A stretch of 64,000 bases of DNA from a virus, in the IMG/VR virus record IMGVR_UViG_3300027503_000009. One strand, 5' to 3'. How positions within the stretch are numbered: the stretch's first letter is position 1; every line of letters starts with the position of its first letter. Below the pieces are notes generated by a model. It had not been told where the DNA came from and did not search any database. It worked only from the letters and a program-made list of their open reading frames with translations. Both the position numbers and the translations under genes were made by a program. Positions 7,217 to 18,100 of the stretch are shown in pieces.

Positions 7217-7750
7217 ATGAAACGTTGGGTGATTTCTGATACACATTTTGGTCATGAGAATATTATTAAATATTGTAATAGACCATTTCAAACAAAAGAA
7301 CAAATGGATGAAGTTCTAATAAATAATTGGAACAAATGTGTATCAGAAAATGATATTGTTTATTTTCTTGGTGATTTTTGTTTTGGTCGTCCAGGACATC
7401 AAGTTTCAAAAAATTATCGTGAGAAATTAAATGGAAAAATACATTTGATTCGTGGTAATCATGATAAATATATTGACGAATCTTTGTTTGAAACATCACA
7501 AAATGATCTAGTATTAAATATCATGGATAAACAAATTTATCTTTGTCACTATCCAGAAGAAGATAATAGATTTAATAAGCCATACTATGATTTTTATCTG
7601 TATGGTCATATTCATGATAAAATAAAATTTCACCCAAGAAAATTCAATATGTGTGTTGAAAATTGTGATTATACACCAATTGATTTAGATTTTTTTGTTG
7701 ATTTTATTTCTAGACATTATGGAGACAATTATGAACCAAAAGAAAGTTAA
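7217..7750 (+). CDS. calcineurin-like metallophosphoesterase
   Basis: SDTHFGH, LGD, GNHD and GHIH motifs. Confidence 0.92.
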   Translation: MKRWVISDTHFGHENIIKYCNRPFQTKEQMDEVLINNWNKCVSENDIVYFLGDFCFGRPGHQVSKNYREKLNGKIHLIRGNHDKYIDESLFETSQNDLVLNIMDKQIYLCHYPEEDNRFNKPYYDFYLYGHIHDKIKFHPRKFNMCVENCDYTPIDLDFFVDFISRHYGDNYEPKES

Positions 7751-7992
7751 GGTTATTCCTGAACAAATTATTCCTTCACGAATGATTGGTTCATGTTATC
7801 AATGTGATTTTTATTTCACAGATTCTTTAGGCGATTCTAGATTCTGTAAAAAAGTTAATAAAGAAGTAGATTTGCGAATTGGTGAAAAATTTCCAAAATG
7901 GTGTCCACTAGAAGAAAAAGAAATTGATGAAAATATTTTCCTCTAGCACTTGACAAACCATAAAATTTTTGATATTATAAATATATAAACAT

Positions 7993-8071
7993 AGGGAAAT
8001 AGAGGAGCCTGGTTTATCTCGTCTGTTTTGGGAACAGAAGCACGTCGGTTCGAATCCGACTTTCCCTACCA
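7993..8071 (+). tRNA. tRNA-Pro(TGG)
   Basis: TCTGT-TT-TGG-GA-ACAGA, CCA. Confidence 0.88.
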
Positions 8072-8077
8072 AATTTT

Positions 8078-8152
8078 TCTGGAATAGCTCAATGGTAGAG
8101 CGTCTGGCTGTTAACCAGAATGTTGTAGGTTCGAGTCCTACTTCCAGAGCCA
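8078..8152 (+). tRNA. tRNA-Asn(GTT)
   Basis: CT-GTT-AA loop, GCCA end. Confidence 0.93.
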
Positions 8153-8432
8153 AGATGCGGCTCATGGCAATAGTCACCCACGGTAAGGAGAGATTAGAAA
8201 CTCGCAGACTATAAAAATCCGCAAACAAGATTAGTGAGGATAAATTATGAAATATTTTTTATTTGCGTGTAGTTTTTTATTTTCTGGATATTTTGTTAAT
8301 GCAAATGTTCCAAAGTTTTGTACTCCGCATGGATGTTGTGTAGATAAATGTCCGTGTGTGAAGAAATGTTTATGTGATTGTGCATGTAAACGAAAGAAGC
8401 GATCATGATCGCTATTAAGGTATAATGAATAT

Positions 8433-8717
8433 ATGAAATTCTTTAGCTTTCTACAAAATAATTCTTTCGGTATTGATAAGCCTCCACCAAAAGTTGTTAT
8501 TGTTGAGGCGGAAAATGCCGAAGATGCGAACAAGCGTATTTTAGAAGTAGATGGCGTTTATTTCGGTGGTAATAATCGCTGGTCCCGTCAGTTGTCTTAT
8601 GAAGTTGGTGATGAAGTCCCGTCTCTTTGGGGTGATCCTCTTGAATTTGCTGAAGATGGAAACGTTTTAGTGGTTTATGCAAACGGTGAAAAAAAGTTTG
8701 GTGTTTTTCACTGGTAG
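8433..8717 (+). CDS. hypothetical protein, paralog of 45169..45492
   Basis: Shares QNNS, VEAENAEDAN, EVDGVYF and VLVVYANGEKK...FHW. Confidence 0.8.
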   Translation: MKFFSFLQNNSFGIDKPPPKVVIVEAENAEDANKRILEVDGVYFGGNNRWSRQLSYEVGDEVPSLWGDPLEFAEDGNVLVVYANGEKKFGVFHW

Positions 8718-8763
8718 TATTGACTTCTCAATTCCTTTCGAGGTATAATGGTTGTATGGTAAA

Positions 8764-8839
8764 GCTATGATAGCTCAATTGGTAGAGCAACGGTTTTGTA
8801 AACCGTAGGTTGTCAGTTCAAGTCTGACTCGTAGCTCCA
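8764..8839 (+). tRNA. tRNA-Thr(TGT)
   Basis: ACGGT-TT-TGT-AA-ACCGT, CCA. Confidence 0.93.
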
Positions 8840-8840
8840 A

Positions 8841-9044
8841 AGATTGTGGTTGATGGACGTATAGTGATGTTAGGTTAATGGTAGACCGCCGGAACGGTTA
8901 GCTAACCTTTGTAAATCCGGAGGCCCTGGTTCGACCCCAGGACATTGTTATACAGGAGTCTAAAAAGTATGCATGAGATTGGCTACCACGAATAGACAGA
9001 ATTAGAAATTTCTAGATAACTTCTAAGGATGTTTATAACAATCT
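8841..9044 (+). ncRNA. structured RNA containing an internal tRNA-like domain (8859-8953)
   Basis: 12-bp acceptor-like stem, D arm, CCGGA/TCCGG arm with inserted hairpin, CCTGG-TTCGACC-CCAGG T arm, no CCA. Confidence 0.6.
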
Positions 9045-9136
9045 CAAATATAAATTTTAAGGTTGCTCGTTACCTTATGGTAACGATGAGGCTTCTGGTC
9101 CCGTGAGCCATCTCAATCACGGGACATTAAACAGTT

Positions 9137-9556
9137 ATGAATATTGGAATTATTGGTTCAAGAAAAAGAAATTCTTCATCCGATTTTGAAAAGCTTTTGA
9201 ATATATTAGTAGAAATAGATTGTTCTGAAGTTAATATTATTTCTGGTGGTTGCAAAACTGGTGGAGATCTTTTTGCAGAAATTCTTGCTAAAGTATATTT
9301 TGTTCCTATCACAATTCACCATCCCAATCAAGAAAATTTAAAAACACTGATGGATTCTGGTATATCTTATAAAACCGCATATGCTAAAGTTGCATATGCA
9401 AGAAATACTCTAATTGCTAGAGATTCAGATATATTAATTGCAGTTGTTTCTCCAGATAGAAAAGGTGGAACTGAAGACACTATAAAAAAGTTTCTCAAGA
9501 AGTTGACTATGACTGAAGAACAAGCTATACTTAATTATAAGTTATATTTAATATGA
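9137..9556 (+). CDS. SLOG/DprA-like Rossmann-fold protein
   Basis: IGSRK, ISGGCKTGGD, ARNTLIA and KGGT motifs. Confidence 0.8.
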   Translation: MNIGIIGSRKRNSSSDFEKLLNILVEIDCSEVNIISGGCKTGGDLFAEILAKVYFVPITIHHPNQENLKTLMDSGISYKTAYAKVAYARNTLIARDSDILIAVVSPDRKGGTEDTIKKFLKKLTMTEEQAILNYKLYLI

Positions 9557-9807
9557 TAAATGAAAAGAAAAGAATTGAAGATGGCGAAGAAGTCACTTAT
9601 GTAGTGATTAACGAATCTTACGATGACGATTATGGTTCGTTGATTATGGATTATGTTCCATATAGAATTGATTCTAAAGGCAACAAAAAGAGACTTTCTC
9701 CAGAGAATTACGCATTAGGTCCATTTGAAGCGCAACAATATATTACATTCAAGAAGAACGTTCGTTGTGAACATTGTAATTCTGTAATTAAGACGGAGTA
9801 TTTATGA
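9553..9807 (+). CDS. hypothetical protein
   Basis: ORF overlapping both neighbours at ATGA. Confidence 0.65.
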   Translation: MINEKKRIEDGEEVTYVVINESYDDDYGSLIMDYVPYRIDSKGNKKRLSPENYALGPFEAQQYITFKKNVRCEHCNSVIKTEYL

Positions 9808-10190
9808 AACTTTGGTTAGATGATGTTAGAAAGTGTCCTTTTATTGGAAACTGGAAAACTGCTAAAAATTTTGATGAAGCAGTAAACATTATGCAAGAAA
9901 ATGAAATTGAAGAAGCATGGTTAGATCATGATCTTGCATATGAGCATTATGGACATGTAAAGCCAGAAGATTATGTAGAAAAAACTGGTTATGATTTTGT
10001 TCTTTGGATGAAAGAGAATAATCGTTGGCCTACAAAATTGTGTATAGTTCATTCCTTAAATCCTGTTGGTTCTGAACGAATGTGTGAAGTTATCGCAGAA
10101 CATTATGGAACTCAAAATCCAAAACGTCATTATATTTCTTATTTAAATATTGACAAATATTTTCAGGGTTTTAAATATGCCAATCTATGA
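9804..10190 (+). CDS. cyclic-phosphate-processing receiver-like domain protein
   Basis: LWLDDVR, LDHDL, TGYD and HSLNPVG motifs. Confidence 0.75.
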   Translation: MKLWLDDVRKCPFIGNWKTAKNFDEAVNIMQENEIEEAWLDHDLAYEHYGHVKPEDYVEKTGYDFVLWMKENNRWPTKLCIVHSLNPVGSERMCEVIAEHYGTQNPKRHYISYLNIDKYFQGFKYANL

Positions 10191-10368
10191 CTTTAAATGC
10201 CAAGTATGCAATAAAGAGTTTGAGATGATTTTAAAAATGGATGAAGATATTACTCGTTATCCAGGATGCGAAAATGTTGAGTGTTTTATTAAAAAAATTC
10301 CTAGTGCCTGTGGTATTAAATTTAATGGTTCTGGATTTTATATAAATGATTATAAGGAGAAAAAATGA
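10177..10368 (+). CDS. FmdB-family zinc-ribbon protein
   Basis: MPIYDFKCQVC...FNGSGFYINDY. Confidence 0.85.
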   Translation: MPIYDFKCQVCNKEFEMILKMDEDITRYPGCENVECFIKKIPSACGIKFNGSGFYINDYKEKK

Positions 10369-11384
10369 AGTTTATTTTAGTAAGTATTTTTAGTATTGGG
10401 TTGATGTTCTCTCAACCTACTGTGTCGCCTTCTAGTGTGAATGTGACTTTTGATTTAGCAACAGATACAATTGTTGCTGTACCTGACGTAACAATTTCTT
10501 CAAATGCAGCACCTTTTGCATTTACTACAGTTGTTCCATCCAATCAGCAAGCTGTTCTTGTTTGGCCTGTTCAGGGTTTTCTGGCACCTGGAACAAATCA
10601 AGTTGTAAAGATGTCTGTAGTAAATAATGGTCTTTCTGTTGGATCTTATAATATTCCAGTTAACTTTGTTCAGAATTCACCATCTGTATCTGTTTCTGTG
10701 GGTATTAATCTTACAGTAATTGATTCACGAACCTTTACTACTTCAACCGATCCAATTATTCCCCATATTGCATCCGGTGGTGGTTGGACAACAACTGTCA
10801 GACTAACAAACACATCCAATTGGATCAGTCTAGTTACTCTGAAGTTTTATGAACCTTCGGGAACAAATTCACCATTCTTTATTAATGGAAATTATGTTTC
10901 TGAACATTCTGTCGTTGTTCCTGGAAATGGTTCCGTTGATGTAGTTCTATCAGATCCACTTTCACTAAAGACTGGTTCTTTGGATATTAAGACTGTATAT
11001 GGTTCTGGTGTAGTTGCTCAGGCAACATATTCAAATGCTTCTTTTGAAGCAACGATTTCAAGTTCTATTGCTAATCGAGATGGATTCTCATTACCATACG
11101 ATAATTATGGTTCTTTTTCAACTGGATTAGCTCTAGTTAATTATCTAAATTATACACAAGAAGTAGCATTTACTTTTTATGATAATCTAGGAAATCAAAT
11201 CCATACAGATAAAATTACTCTTCCTGCAAGGGGTCAAACTGCCTTAACACTAGACGTAGCTTTCCCACAAACAAAAGGAAAAGTTGGTTCTGTTCGTGTT
11301 AAGACTACACGTTCTGCACTAACTGGATTTGGTTTGAAGTTTAATCGTGATAAGGGTTATTTCACAACAATTCCTATCTTCTAA
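10365..11384 (+). CDS. secreted beta-sandwich protein, acidobacterial-like
   Basis: Signal peptide, Ig/BACON-like N domain, PHIASGGGWTTTVRLTN and TGLALVN segments. Confidence 0.7.
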   Translation: MKFILVSIFSIGLMFSQPTVSPSSVNVTFDLATDTIVAVPDVTISSNAAPFAFTTVVPSNQQAVLVWPVQGFLAPGTNQVVKMSVVNNGLSVGSYNIPVNFVQNSPSVSVSVGINLTVIDSRTFTTSTDPIIPHIASGGGWTTTVRLTNTSNWISLVTLKFYEPSGTNSPFFINGNYVSEHSVVVPGNGSVDVVLSDPLSLKTGSLDIKTVYGSGVVAQATYSNASFEATISSSIANRDGFSLPYDNYGSFSTGLALVNYLNYTQEVAFTFYDNLGNQIHTDKITLPARGQTALTLDVAFPQTKGKVGSVRVKTTRSALTGFGLKFNRDKGYFTTIPIF

Positions 11385-11410
11385 TATGGGAGGAGAAATC
11401 CTCCCATATA
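11385..11410 (+). terminator. intrinsic terminator hairpin
   Basis: ATGGGAGGA-GAAA-TCCTCCCAT. Confidence 0.7.
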
Positions 11411-11417
11411 TATTTTT

Positions 11418-11666
11418 ATGCCAAAAATATATAAATTAATAGTCTGTGGTATTAAGGGTTCAACGCTTTCGAGAAGCTTATTTAAGCTATGTATGGAATT
11501 ACCAATAAAAGGTAATTATGTAGAAGTATTATTTGTAAATGTTGAAGAAGAAAAAGAATATGTTTATGAATATAATATAAACGTAGTTCCATCATTATTA
11601 GTTTTTGAAAATGGTCAATTTTTGAAAAAAATGATTCTACCAATAAAAGCTGAAGATATTATATGA
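11418..11666 (+). CDS. thioredoxin-fold-like protein without CxxC
   Basis: YNINVVPSLLVFENG. Confidence 0.55.
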   Translation: MPKIYKLIVCGIKGSTLSRSLFKLCMELPIKGNYVEVLFVNVEEEKEYVYEYNINVVPSLLVFENGQFLKKMILPIKAEDII

Positions 11667-12349
11667 AATCAGAATTATTTAAGAATATTTGTGCTGGAAT
11701 TTTTTATTTAACTCTTTCTTGGGTAATATTTGACATGAGTTACTTTATAAAAAATAAAGTTTCTAATGAAATTAGTTTAATTAAAAATGAAACATTTTCA
11801 TATCTTTATCAAACCACAGATAAAATTGATAGAAGAATTTCTTCAGTAGAAAATAGATTATTTACAAGAATTTCTTCAATTGAAAATAATACATTTAAGA
11901 GAATTGATTCTATTGAACAAAAAACTTTTGTTAGTGTAAAAAATATTGAAAATGAACTAATGTTATTGTCTAATGAATATAAAACAATTCCAAAAAACTC
12001 TGAAAAAATATTTGCAAGATTTGATACACAAACTAATTGTAATATAAATGATTATTGTTGGCAAAATTTGACTAGTGATTTATTAATTGATACTAGAAAT
12101 ACTGTAAGAGAAACTTCAAAAACATTTCAGGTAGAAATACCTAAAATAACAAAAAATATTGGTTCAATGACAAATACTTTCGATCAGAAATTTCCTGTTA
12201 TTGTTGATAACACTACAAAAATAACTGATAATGCTCAAAAGTTTACTGAAAATATGGATAGGTTGACAAAACCAAAATGGTATGATAGAATGATAGGGTG
12301 GGGTGTTAATAGTAGTATTATATATTTCAATTTGAGGAGATTTAGATGA
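11663..12349 (+). CDS. membrane-anchored coiled-coil protein
   Basis: N-terminal TM segment and 11-aa helical repeats (RISSxENxxFx). Confidence 0.65.
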   Translation: MKSELFKNICAGIFYLTLSWVIFDMSYFIKNKVSNEISLIKNETFSYLYQTTDKIDRRISSVENRLFTRISSIENNTFKRIDSIEQKTFVSVKNIENELMLLSNEYKTIPKNSEKIFARFDTQTNCNINDYCWQNLTSDLLIDTRNTVRETSKTFQVEIPKITKNIGSMTNTFDQKFPVIVDNTTKITDNAQKFTENMDRLTKPKWYDRMIGWGVNSSIIYFNLRRFR

Positions 12350-12858
12350 TTTTAAATTATTATAAAGTGGATGAAGGTGCATTTGAACCAAAGTATGGAA
12401 CAGAAAGTTCAGCCTGTTTTGATATTTTTTGTTCAATTCTTCCAGACAGAGAAATTAAGATTTTCACAAAAGATAATGAAGTTAAAAAAGAATTACCAAT
12501 TGAAACATTGTTTGATAACTATATTTACATTAAACCAGGAGAACGTGCATTAGTTCCAACAAATTTAATTTTTGATATTCCAGAAGGATATTCTATTAGA
12601 CTACATCCAAGATCTGGAACATCAATTAAGAATGGTATTACCTTAGTAAATTGTGAAGGTGTTATTGATTCTGATTATGTAGAACCAACATTTATTCCAA
12701 TTTTTAACAACAGTAATGAACCATTTAAAATTAATAATGGTGATCGTTTATGTCAGGGTGAAATTGTTCCGGTTATTAGAACTAGTTTTCAACAAATTTT
12801 CGACAAACCATCCCAAAAAACAGATAGAGTTGGGGGAATAGGAAGTACAGGTGTCTAA
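12346..12858 (+). CDS. dut: dUTPase
   Basis: PRSG, GVIDSDY, GDRLCQ and RVGGIGSTG motifs. Confidence 0.95.
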   Translation: MILNYYKVDEGAFEPKYGTESSACFDIFCSILPDREIKIFTKDNEVKKELPIETLFDNYIYIKPGERALVPTNLIFDIPEGYSIRLHPRSGTSIKNGITLVNCEGVIDSDYVEPTFIPIFNNSNEPFKINNGDRLCQGEIVPVIRTSFQQIFDKPSQKTDRVGGIGSTGV

Positions 12859-13054
12859 TACAATAGAAGAAAAAAGACAAGATGTAATAGCTAGAAATTG
12901 GCTAAATAATTGGAAATTAAACGATAAAGACCAAAAAATCATAGATGAATATCTACAAATGTTAAAAAATAAAAAAACTCAGGATTTCTCCTGAGTTTTT
13001 TGTTTATATAAATATTTTTACATATTGAAAAATTTTACCTTATAAGGAGAAAAA

Positions 13055-14026
13055 ATGTCACTTTGGGGAAATAAAGATTCCAAAACAATTACAGGAACAT
13101 CAATTTCTGTAACACAAAATAGTGCAGCAGTCACAGGAAGTGGAACAGCATTCACAACAGATTTAGAACCAGGACAATATTTAGTTATTTCTGGTGTTGA
13201 ATATAAAGTTTTATCAATCACAAGCGATACTGCATTAACATTAGCTGTAGTTTATGCTGGAACAACAGCAACAATTACAATTTCTGGAAACGTAACAGCT
13301 AACGAAAAACCATCATATATTCCAACAGCAGATATTCCAAATGTTTATGGTGTTGACTCAACAGAAATTTCTGTTGGTTCAGACAATGTTGTAAACGTTG
13401 CAATTATTTCTGGTGGAACACAATATATGGAAGCACCAGCCGTTTCATTTAGCGGTGGTGGTGGTTCTTCTGCTGCTGCAACTGCTACAATTTCAGGTGG
13501 TGTTGTAACTGCAATTGCTGTATCAAATGTTGGTTCATCATATACATCAGCACCAACAGTTACTGTTGGTAAGCCATTTGCAACAATCGCAACATCAGCA
13601 GTTAACACATCAACAGAAGTTATTACATATAATTCACATAGATTTGTAACTGGTGATGCTGTCACATATTCAAATGGTGGTGGTTCAACAATGGGTGGTT
13701 TAACAAATGCCACTGTTTATTACATTAATAAAACTGGTGGCAATACATTTAAACTATATGATACATTAGCTAATGCACAAACTGGTGGTGCTACTGGTTT
13801 AATGGATTTAACCGGAACTGGTAATAACGCACAAACATTAACACTAACTTCCGGTGAAGCAACAGCAGCATCAGTTTTAGGTTCTGGTAATAAAGGTTTC
13901 CATGCTGGTTGGGTTAAGAAAACAGTAGGAACTGGTGGACGTGCTGGACGTGTTCAGTATGAAACACTAGTTGCTATGGGAACAATCACTGGTGACGCAG
14001 AAGATATTAACTTCCCAGACGCATAA
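13055..14026 (+). CDS. virion structural protein (late gene)
   Basis: TATAAATA at 13007; MSLWG start; HAGWV...GRAGRVQYETLVAM C terminus. Confidence 0.75.
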   Translation: MSLWGNKDSKTITGTSISVTQNSAAVTGSGTAFTTDLEPGQYLVISGVEYKVLSITSDTALTLAVVYAGTTATITISGNVTANEKPSYIPTADIPNVYGVDSTEISVGSDNVVNVAIISGGTQYMEAPAVSFSGGGGSSAAATATISGGVVTAIAVSNVGSSYTSAPTVTVGKPFATIATSAVNTSTEVITYNSHRFVTGDAVTYSNGGGSTMGGLTNATVYYINKTGGNTFKLYDTLANAQTGGATGLMDLTGTGNNAQTLTLTSGEATAASVLGSGNKGFHAGWVKKTVGTGGRAGRVQYETLVAMGTITGDAEDINFPDA

Positions 14027-14096
14027 TAAAAAATAAAAAATAATTAAATGGGGCTTGACAAAAGCCCCATTTTTTGTTATAATAAAAGTATATAAT

Positions 14097-14306
14097 ATGA
14101 ATCATATTAAATATAAAGATATAGATTTAGAATTTGATGATAATGTAGAAATTGTTATTGAAGGAGATAAAATTGTTGTTCGTTCTAAAAATCAATTTTA
14201 TTTTTATCCTTATCCTCAATATCCTCAATATCCTCAATATCCTCAATATCCTCAATATCCAACAATAACATGGACAAGTTCAAATACAGATTTTAATACC
14301 CCATAA
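14097..14306 (+). CDS. hypothetical protein with a (YPQ)5 repeat
   Basis: Promoter upstream; TATCCTCAA repeated five times. Confidence 0.65.
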   Translation: MNHIKYKDIDLEFDDNVEIVIEGDKIVVRSKNQFYFYPYPQYPQYPQYPQYPQYPTITWTSSNTDFNTP

Positions 14307-14375
14307 TGGTATTATAAATAATAATGAGATGCCTAAAAGGATCTCATTAAATCACTCGCTTAAATGGAGAAAAAC

Positions 14376-14801
14376 ATGACACTAAGACGTATTAATTTAG
14401 ATACATTTCCTTTCCCTTCTTATGATAATTTAACCAGTTTTTGGGCAGAACAGGCCAAACAAACTGGAACTTATCCTCCTTACAATCTCACAAAAAATGA
14501 AGATTCAACCAAATTCAATATTACTCTAGCAGTTGCTGGATTTGGTCCTGAAGATTTGGATGTTTCAATTGAAGAAAATCAATTAATCATTCAGGGTAAG
14601 GTGAAGCCTAAGAATTTACCAGAAGGTATTTCTTATGTACATAAGGGAATTGCTGAACGAGTCTTTACTAAGACATTCACTTTAGGTGAACATGTTGAAG
14701 TAAAAGATGTAACTTATCAAGATGGACTACTAGATGTTAGTCTAGAACTAGTTGTTCCTGAACATAAGAAACCAAAGAAGTTCACAATTTCAACTAAATA
14801 A
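14376..14801 (+). CDS. small heat-shock protein Hsp20
   Basis: YPPYN, LAVAGF, HKGIAER and DGLL motifs. Confidence 0.93.
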   Translation: MTLRRINLDTFPFPSYDNLTSFWAEQAKQTGTYPPYNLTKNEDSTKFNITLAVAGFGPEDLDVSIEENQLIIQGKVKPKNLPEGISYVHKGIAERVFTKTFTLGEHVEVKDVTYQDGLLDVSLELVVPEHKKPKKFTISTK

Positions 14802-15188
14802 GGAGGGGGGGAGAATCTCCCCCCAAAATAAAGTGAAAACATATATTGAATGTGAATGCACATCATTACAACATGTTGTTAGAATGGATCTTTACTTAGA
14901 TCCATATGATACAACCGAAACACCAGAACTGTTTTTAACAATGCATTTATCTCCACTTCCTTTTTATAAGAGGTTAGTTAATGGAATAAAATACATATTT
15001 GGTTATCGTTCTATATTTGGTGATTTTGATGAAACTATTGTCAGTCCTGAATCTGTCACACAAATAAAAAACTTGTGTGAAAAATATGAAGAACTTTATA
15101 AGAAAATTAAATAAAAAATCGGGAACCAATGGTTCCCGATAAGTGTTTTAGGGGTAAAAAAATTAATTAAATTGTAACAAAGGAATCT

Positions 15189-18100
15189 ATGAAATATTTA
15201 TTAAGTTTATTTTTATTAACGACTAGCCTATTCAGTCAAGAAGCTTCTATTAGAGGAAAGATTTTTGATAAGAATGAAGAAGTAATTATTGGTGCAACTG
15301 TTAAGATTCAGAACGAAAAAACTGGATCTGTAAGAGAAGTTGTAACAAATGAAGTTGGTGAATACATTATCACAAATCTACCTGCTTCATCTTATAATGT
15401 AAAAGCTTCTGCTCCTGGTTTTGCAAATACACAGAAAACAGGAATTAAACTATTAGTTAATGAATCTATTGGTATTAATTTCATCTTAGTACCTCAAATT
15501 ATTAAGACTGAAATTATTGTTGAAGGTGGCGAAGTTACATCTATTGATACATCCTCAGCGAAGATTGGTGTTAATGTTTCTGAAAGAGAAGTTTCAAATC
15601 TGCCACTAAATGGTAGACAAATTTCGCAGTTATATCTATTAGCTCCAGGCGCTTCAACTGCTGGTGGTGGTACATTTGATAATATTAAGTTTAGCGGTAG
15701 ATCTAATCAGCAAAATGCTATTAGATATGATGGTATTGAAGGATCTTCTATTATTGATGCTTCTCCAGGTAATCTAAATGGACAGATTTCTTCATTTTTT
15801 AGATTACAATCTTCAATGGAAAATGTTCAAGAATTTCGTGTTGAATCTAATAATTATCCAGCAGAATATGGTACAGGAACTGGTGGTCAAATCACAATTG
15901 TAACTAAGTCTGGTGGTAATAAGATTCATGGTGGTGTTTTTGAATATCTTAGAAATAATGTATTAGATTCTAGAAATTTCTTTGATGCTACTAAGAATCC
16001 TTTACGTCTAAATCAATTTGGTGGCTCTATTGGCGGTCCAGTAAAGCAAGATAAGACTTTTTGGTTTGCTTCATATGAAGGTCTAAGGCAGAGACAATCA
16101 GTTCCATTTAGAGAAGCTGTTCCATCAGAATCAGCAAAAGCAAGAGCAGTTCCACAAGTTAGAAATCTTCTAGCACTTTATCCAGTTGGAAATATTCCAA
16201 CAACAGATCCAAATGCTTCTATTGTTGCTATTGATAGAAAACAGACTGTAGATGAAAATTCGTTTGGTCTAAGATTAGATTCAAAAATTTCAGATAATCT
16301 TTCTGGATATTTCCGTTACTTCAGAGATAATGGTAAGTCAATTCAACCACTAGGTGTTACTGGAAATTCTATTGATGTTACTGCGGTCCCACAAAATGCT
16401 GTAGCAAATGTTCAATGGATTATCTCGCCACAGAAAATTAATGAAACCAAGATTGGATTAAATGCTTATAAAACAAGAGCATGGGGAACTGCACCAATTG
16501 TAAATAACTTTAATCCAGCAGATATTTCAATTAATCTAACTGGTGGCGTTGCTTTATCTGGTATTACAACACAAGGTTCAAGCACAGGATTTGCTACTGC
16601 TGGTGGTCTAGTAAGATCAAATTCTGCTACAAATGGACGTGGACAACCTTATACTAATACTTCAATTACTTTGATTGATAATTTTTCATGGATTAATTCT
16701 TCTCATAATTTTAAGTTTGGTGGAGAATTAAGATTTATCCGTTTATTTACAGATCGTCTTGGTGGTACAACTTATAGCTTCTCAAACGTAGAAGATCTAA
16801 TTAATAATCGTCCATTACAAATTCAATTTTTGGGAGATCTTTCTGCACCTTCTCCGTTTAATAATGGAGCAACTGGAGAAAGACAAATTACTCAGAATTA
16901 TCTAATTGGTTATGCACAAGATGAATGGAAAGTATTTTCTAACTTTACTGTTAATTATGGAATTAGATATGAATTCTATTCAGTTTTCAAAGAAAAGAGA
17001 AATCTATTAGTTAATTGGTCACCAGAAACAGGAAACATTTTACCAAATAATCTTCCTGTCTATCGTTCAAATAAAGATAATTTTTCACCAAGATTATCTG
17101 GAACTTGGAGTCCAAAATCTCTAAATGGTAAGACTGTATTTCGTGTAGGAACTGGTGTTTATTTTGGACCTGGACAACCAGAAGATCTAATTCAACCATT
17201 TGAATCTGATCGTGTTAGTAAGACTATAACTAATACAACTTATCCAATTAATCCTACTTCAATTATTGCTTCTTACAATATCAATGATCCAAATCTTCGA
17301 TTTCAACCAAGAGCTTATTCTTCTGGTTATAATATTCCGGAAACTGTTTACTCATATACAGCATCAGTTCAACAACAAATTAAAGATAATGTTTTAACTG
17401 TTGCATATGTTGGTTCTCTTGGTAGAAATCTGTTTATTAGAACTCTTGGAAATCTAATCACAGATGTAACTCCTACTGGAACTGTAAAGAGACAATGGGG
17501 TGATAGATTTGCTGAAGTTGACGTAAAGACATCAGGTGGTAATGATCATTATAATGCTTTACAGGCAACTCTAAACAGAAAAACAAAGAGTGGTCTAACT
17601 TATGGTGCATCATACACATGGGGAAGATCAATCGGTTCATCTGGTGGCTCAAATGAAACTGTAACTGTTGCAAATCCTTATAATTGGAGAACTGATTATG
17701 GTAATAATGCGGCGGATATTCGTCATAATTTAAATGTTGTTGGATTGTATGAATGGAAAACATGGCAGATCGGTTCTGTTATCAATACCAGATCAGGTCT
17801 TCCTCTTGATCCATTAATCGTCAGAAACGATATTATCTTCTTTGACAAATCATCTGGAATGTACTATAATAGTTCTGTAGGGTCTAATTCTGTAGCTGTT
17901 ATTAATGTTCCTGGTGGTGGTCAAACAAGACAAATCCGCAGACCTGATTATGTATTAGGAGTTTCGCCATATATCAAGAATTCTGATAAAACAATTTTCT
18001 TGAATCCTGCTGCTTTCTCAGTACCAATGCCTGGAACTTTTGGAAATGCTTCTAGATACTCATTAAGAGGTCCAATGCTTTTCCAAGCAGATCTAACTCT

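Noticed and set aside
8841-9044. tmRNA
   Set aside because: No G3:U70 acceptor with CCA and no recognisable tag reading frame.
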